This document shows positions 32,141 through 36,932 of a stretch of DNA of 36,932 nt, one piece after another. The translations under genes and the position numbers were made by a program. Within the stretch, counting starts at the first letter, position 1. Every line of letters begins with the position of its first letter. Origin of the DNA: Octopus bimaculoides (Eukaryota); assembly GCF_001194135.2 (NCBI RefSeq), contig NC_068987.1, forward strand, positions 60,202,210 to 60,239,141, given 5' to 3'. The notes beneath the pieces were generated by a model. The model ran no database searches and had not been told where the DNA came from. It saw nothing but the letters and a program-made list of their open reading frames with translations.

Positions 32141-32624
32141 CTTCGTTTTGGCAACATTTGCAGCGATAATGACACCATACTGCACTGGCCATTGTCCATC
32201 TTTTGGACAGCATCAGTGGCTTAAAAAAAGGAAGACTTGCTGAATGACTAACTGCTTGTCTTCTATTCAGCGTTACCAGAGGTAATCGACCTGGGCAGGA
32301 CTTCCCAATGCCGCTCACTTCCCTTTTACTAAGACAGGCTAATGCAAGACTTCCCAGGCGTAGATCCGTGTCCTCACGAGACAGACGAATATCAATTCGT
32401 TTATCGAAGGAACTAAATGAATGCTTAAATTAATAGAGCCTAGAGTGTTTGTGCGTATGGTGGTGGCGAACACGGCGATAAATGCTAAAAGACGTCATTG
32501 AGTTGCACTTGAAAGTTTATCGTGTGAAATGAGAAAAACGTAATAAAATTAAAGACCGTGCAATGAACTACACCAGGTGAGAGAGTAAATTAGTGTCGTC
32601 TGTCTTAAAACAACACAGTACAGA

Positions 32625-32700
32625 CTAGTTTGTGTATGTGTGTGTGCGTGATGTGCGTGTGTGCGTGGTGTGTGTGTACGTGTGTGTGTGTGTTGCACAT
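32625..32700. repeat. Degenerate (TG)n
   Basis: Seen directly in the sequence. Confidence 0.8.
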
Positions 32701-32987
32701 ACACCTGAATATGTTCACACAACGGGAATGTGCACAATATTCAACTGTTGTACATATTGCTGTTGTTTTTGTTATTGTTATTGTTATGGGGTTCATTTTT
32801 TTCTGTTTTGTTAAAGAAAGGATTCGGGCAATTTATAACTATCGATTTCACCATACCGGAGAAATGTTGTTACATATCTTTATTTCATTGTATTTATTAA
32901 TTGTTCTTTTCTGCATTGTTTATGTGTTTGCTTTGCTAAGGAATTTTATTCTCATTCTCCTTGATTAGTGATAGAAGCTTCAGCAAT

Positions 32988-32988
<1 letters not shown>

Positions 32989-33078
<90 letters not shown>

Positions 33079-33085
33079 CTCTCTA
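32989..33085. repeat. (CT)n followed by short (CA)n
   Basis: Seen directly in the sequence. Confidence 0.97.
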
Positions 33086-33464
33086 GGCAAGTGGAATTCA
33101 ATTTGTCTTAGGAAGCAAGAAACCTTATAATTTGTAATTCTCTTCGTCAACTGACGAACAGAAAAACATTTTTTTTTAATTCTTAACTTAAGTTTTCGTC
33201 GTTTTTCTTTATTCTTAAAAATTTAGTTAGCTAACTTTTCCGATTGGTTTAATAAGGTGTTTTATTTTTCCTATTCTTTTCTCTTTTTTTTATATTTAGT
33301 ACATATCAGTTTTGTTAGTTTTCATAACTTTTATTTTCTTCATATGGTTAACTTACGTATTAAAAAAAATAAGTAAAACATTAGCTATATAACGGTTAAC
33401 CTAAATAACAATTATTAAACAATTGATTCAATAAAACTATATAACTATTAAACTATATAAACAA

Positions 33465-33745
33465 GCCTAATAGTTAGGGCGTTGCACTCACGATCGCAAG
33501 TTCAGAGCTTCGATTCCGGACCGAGTGGTATTTGTGTTCTTGAGCAAAACACTTCGTTTCTCATTGCTCCGCTATCGCTTCGACTTTTGACGTGTGACGC
33601 ACCGTGCAGCTGTACAGGCAATCATTGATTTGACGAAGGGGATGAGTTAATGCACAGCACAAATATTTGATCACCATAAACATATCATTTGCGTAGGTTG
33701 TTCAGTAAGACATTGTGGAAGCCTCGTCTGTCAAGTACGATAGCA
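33465..33745 (+). mobile_element. Old tRNA-derived SINE with a CORE-like block
   Basis: tRNA-like head AATAGTTAGGGCGTTGCACTCACGATCGCAAG..GCTTCGATTCC followed by TTCTTGAGCAAAACACTT. Confidence 0.7.
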
Positions 33746-34141
33746 TAACACCAGATCACACGCTAATGTATTGCAGTTTAACACTTTGTCACAAACTATT
33801 CTATCGTTGTGTACAAAACAATGTATCGCAGTGTTCTTCTGGTGTTTATTTTATAGATAACAAAATTAAATGCAAATAATTATTTCTAACTTTGACACAA
33901 AGGACAATGATTTGTGAGTGGGAGTTATAGTCGACTTACTTGATGGTAGCAAGTGATAGGTATTAGCTTCAATTCTAAAAACAGGAGTTTGTTGAGTAAG
34001 TCATAAGCACGCTTACCGTCTGGAGTGGGGAAAATGTTTTTTTCTGGATATTCGAATGACAAAGCCAACTATAGAACTCTCTCTATATATATATCTTTTT
34101 TCTTTATGCATTTTTGACTGTCATATAAAAAGGAGAGTATA

Positions 34142-34425
34142 TAAGGCGGTAAGCTAGCAGAATCTTTAGCGCACTAGACAAGACACTGAAGTGGCGTTTC
34201 CTCCAGCTTTCCGTCCTAGTTCAAATCCCGCCGAGGTCGACAAGATACTTTGTGGAATTTCCTCCAGTTTTCCATTCTAGTTCGAACTTCACCGAGGTCA
34301 ATTTTGCCTATCATCTTTTCGTTGCCGATGAAATAACTACTAGTTAGTTGAGCGCTGGGGCAGATGTAATCGACTATCTTCCTCCTCTTCCAAAATTACA
34401 GGCCTTGTACCTATAGTAGAAAGAA
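34142..34425 (+). mobile_element. SINE family B variant with a tandem duplication of the B-box region
   Basis: Head TAAGGCGGTAAGCTAGCAGAATC; repeat units 34177-34238 and 34239-34299; tail AAAATTACAGGCCTTGTACCTATAGTAGAAAG. Confidence 0.85.
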
Positions 34426-35179
34426 TATAAAATACAAAATCAACTTCGTACAGGACTTTAACTCAGAACATAAAGCAACATAAGTAATGGTTATCTTATC
34501 TACCGCCACCAAAAGATTGAAATAAAAAAGAAAATATATAAATAAATTAATAAACAAAGTTCTTTTAGATTATTCTTGGATATTTACCAATAACTATTGT
34601 CACCTCCCACATGTACAGAGACAATTTCTTATAGATGTTGGATGCAATTCGATTCTGAATAGCCAAATGCTTTTTCGATTATGAAGGAGCGAGAATTAAT
34701 GCTATAAACTGTATAAAAATATCATTGAAAACGGATTAAGATGTTCTACGAACGCAATTTCATCTCATTTAATCTAAAGACAAGGCGCCACCTGAGGTTT
34801 AGGAATTCTTCAAGAACTTACCTATATAGGTCGATTGAAGTCGTAAATATTGATTTCAAGCAAAGTGTTTGCCAATGTTTGTGGATTTCGCCTGATTCTT
34901 ATCGTCAGCTAAATGTGTGGAATGCTGTCCTCTTCTTCAGTAGAGTTAGTCACCACGTAAATCCAGTTTATTGGATATTTGCCATATTCATTTTATTGAC
35001 GCCAGAACTAAGGAAGGGAAAAGCGTAAGGAAGGAGAGGAAGGACGATAAAGTTAGGAAAGGAAATACTAAAAGACAACATATGGAGAAGAAAGTACCAG
35101 GAGAAAGAGGGGAGAGACGAATCCATATGAAAGAAGGATCGAATGAAGGATTGATTATATCAAGGAGTTTGAGAAAGAA

Positions 35180-35376
35180 AAGACAGACACACAGACAGGC
35201 AGGCAGACAGGCAGGCAGACAGGCAGGCAGACAGGCAAACAGGAAGGCTGGCAGGCGGGCAGGCAAACAGGCAGACAGGCAGGCAGACAGGCAAGCAAAC
35301 AGGCAAACAGGAAGGCTGGCAGGCGGGCAGGCGGGCAGGCAAACAGACAGACAGAGAGACAGAGATAGATAGATAA

Positions 35377-35428
<52 letters not shown>
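35180..35428. repeat. (GGCA)(GACA)(GATA) compound microsatellite
   Basis: Seen directly in the sequence. Confidence 0.95.
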
Positions 35429-35429
<1 letters not shown>

Positions 35430-35739
35430 AACAAAGATCAATGAGAGGGACGGAGCTTAATGATGGTCAATTAAGTCGCTTGTTAACGAGGTAAAGAGGA
35501 AGCATATACGCAGTCTCCCCATCTTCAAGAAAGAGCGCCCAAGTCTTCAGATCGCACCTTATCGTTTAAAAAAATAAGACGATATTTATGCGTCCAAGGT
35601 AAATGTAATCCTGAATATATTATGCAGTAAAAAAAAAGATGGGATGTTTACGAATTGATCGTCTTAGGTCATAAATTTATACTGTCCAGGTTGTCACTGG
35701 TCTAACCAACTACAGTAACAGCAAATAACTTATTCCGTT

Positions 35740-35940
35740 AAATGTTGTCTAACACACATCAGGTTTGATCAAGTAGAACTGATGATCAAAGACGGTTCAG
35801 TATTAACCTCCACCGTCTGTTTCTATATCTGAGACTGTAGATTCTAGTATCTCATTCCTTTGTGAGACGGTAGGCTGTGATTTGAGAGCGATTAGAAAAG
35901 TTATTTTCAACAAGCCTAGTGAACGCGAAGAAGTCCTCAG
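35740..35940 (-). mobile_element. SINE family D tail fragment
   Basis: GATCAAAG...GAGACGGTAGGCTGTGATTTGAGAG is the reverse complement of the tail motif at 22650-22690 and 19725-19860. Confidence 0.55.
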
Positions 35941-36549
35941 ATTGACACGCTTGACTGTATCTCAATAATGTAGTTTATGAATCATGACGATGGTTTAACA
36001 ATATACATACAGCCAGATATAAAAATGTGACAGAAGATAAACTATGGTATATCTAGTTGGTTAAATCGGTGGATAATAACTTAGCAACCGATAAATCATC
36101 TTCCTACTTCAAGTCTCCTACTTGGTTTGGCAGACAGATACTATCAACTAATAACCCCATGAAGAAATTAATCGGAACTTGATTTCCAAACCACTTCAGA
36201 TATAATTACCTGTCAATATCGATTAATACACACACATATCTATCTATATATGTACGTATGTATGTTCGTATGTATATGTATGTATATATATCTAATATAT
36301 ATATATATATATGTCTTGATTGTTGTACATATTTCCATTTATTTTCTTGTCTGTTGACTCAACCGATTTGTTGAGATAGTAGAAGTTTCTCACAATAACT
36401 TTTTCCTATTCCAACAGGAATTTAATTCGAGTGTATTCAAACACCCAATCTTCGGCGACGGGCTTGTCGCTAATGAACATTGATGATTTCTGTCTCAATG
36501 CCACGCATTTTCAGGAAGAGAGTGACAAGTTAGATCACCTTCACTAACT

Positions 36550-36690
36550 GATAATGGCAAATTTTATCGATCCCGTAGAAGGATTAAAGGTAAAATCGAA
36601 ATGACTGAGATTTGAGCGCAGAATATAGCAAGATGGAAAAGAAACAGATACTGAAAAGTGTTTTGTTCGGTGTTTTACAGCTGTTGCCAT
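36550..36690 (-). mobile_element. Degenerate SINE family B fragment
   Basis: TTTTATCGATCCCG..AAGGATTAAAGGTAAAATCGA...GATTTGAGCGCAGAA. Confidence 0.55.
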
Positions 36691-36881
36691 TTTAAAGGCT
36701 TGTTATAATAGGACCGCAGCAAGCAAGAAGAAAATAAGAATATATAAACGGCCCAAAAATTAAAAGATGGTGGGGGCTATGAGACTCAATAATTCAAAGG
36801 AAAATCCTCATTTACAACAATTTTATATTACTAAATGAAGTTTAATTAAAGGAACTAAAGCAGCTCTCATAGCTTGTTATA

Positions 36882-36884
<3 letters not shown>

Positions 36885-36932
<48 letters not shown>
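36885..36932. repeat. (CT)n running to the window end
   Basis: Seen directly in the sequence. Confidence 0.97.

Overview
AT-rich animal nuclear DNA from a gapped short-read scaffold, with 8 N-runs that are mostly flanked by microsatellites. The SINE families and the K02A2.6-like Gypsy sequence look like octopus/coleoid repeats; this is my recognition from memory, not a database result. No intact protein-coding gene, RNA gene, operon or CRISPR array is supported, and most listed ORFs are microsatellite or N-run artefacts. The explainable content is transposon debris: the 3' end of an R4/Dong-like RLE LINE ending in (TAA)n (1-263); two different, roughly full-length but dead Hsmar1/cecropia-like mariners (5141-6389 minus, 30143-31429 plus); about 20 tRNA-derived SINE copies or fragments from 4-5 families; two inverted-repeat (MITE-like) elements; and a gap-free 2.4 kb mosaic of Penelope-like, RTE, Gypsy LTR/pol and Penelope-like terminus fragments (23800-26160). 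The most interesting observations are a 78-bp insert in the second mariner that copies sequence 4.3 kb upstream, microhomology at the retroelement junctions, concentric inverted SINE pairs that could fold into dsRNA, a SINE dimer inside one TSD, degenerate hammerhead-like motifs, and several splice-site-bounded mini/micro-exon candidates on both strands that hint at an unidentified host gene. The exon candidates cannot be confirmed without RNA data.
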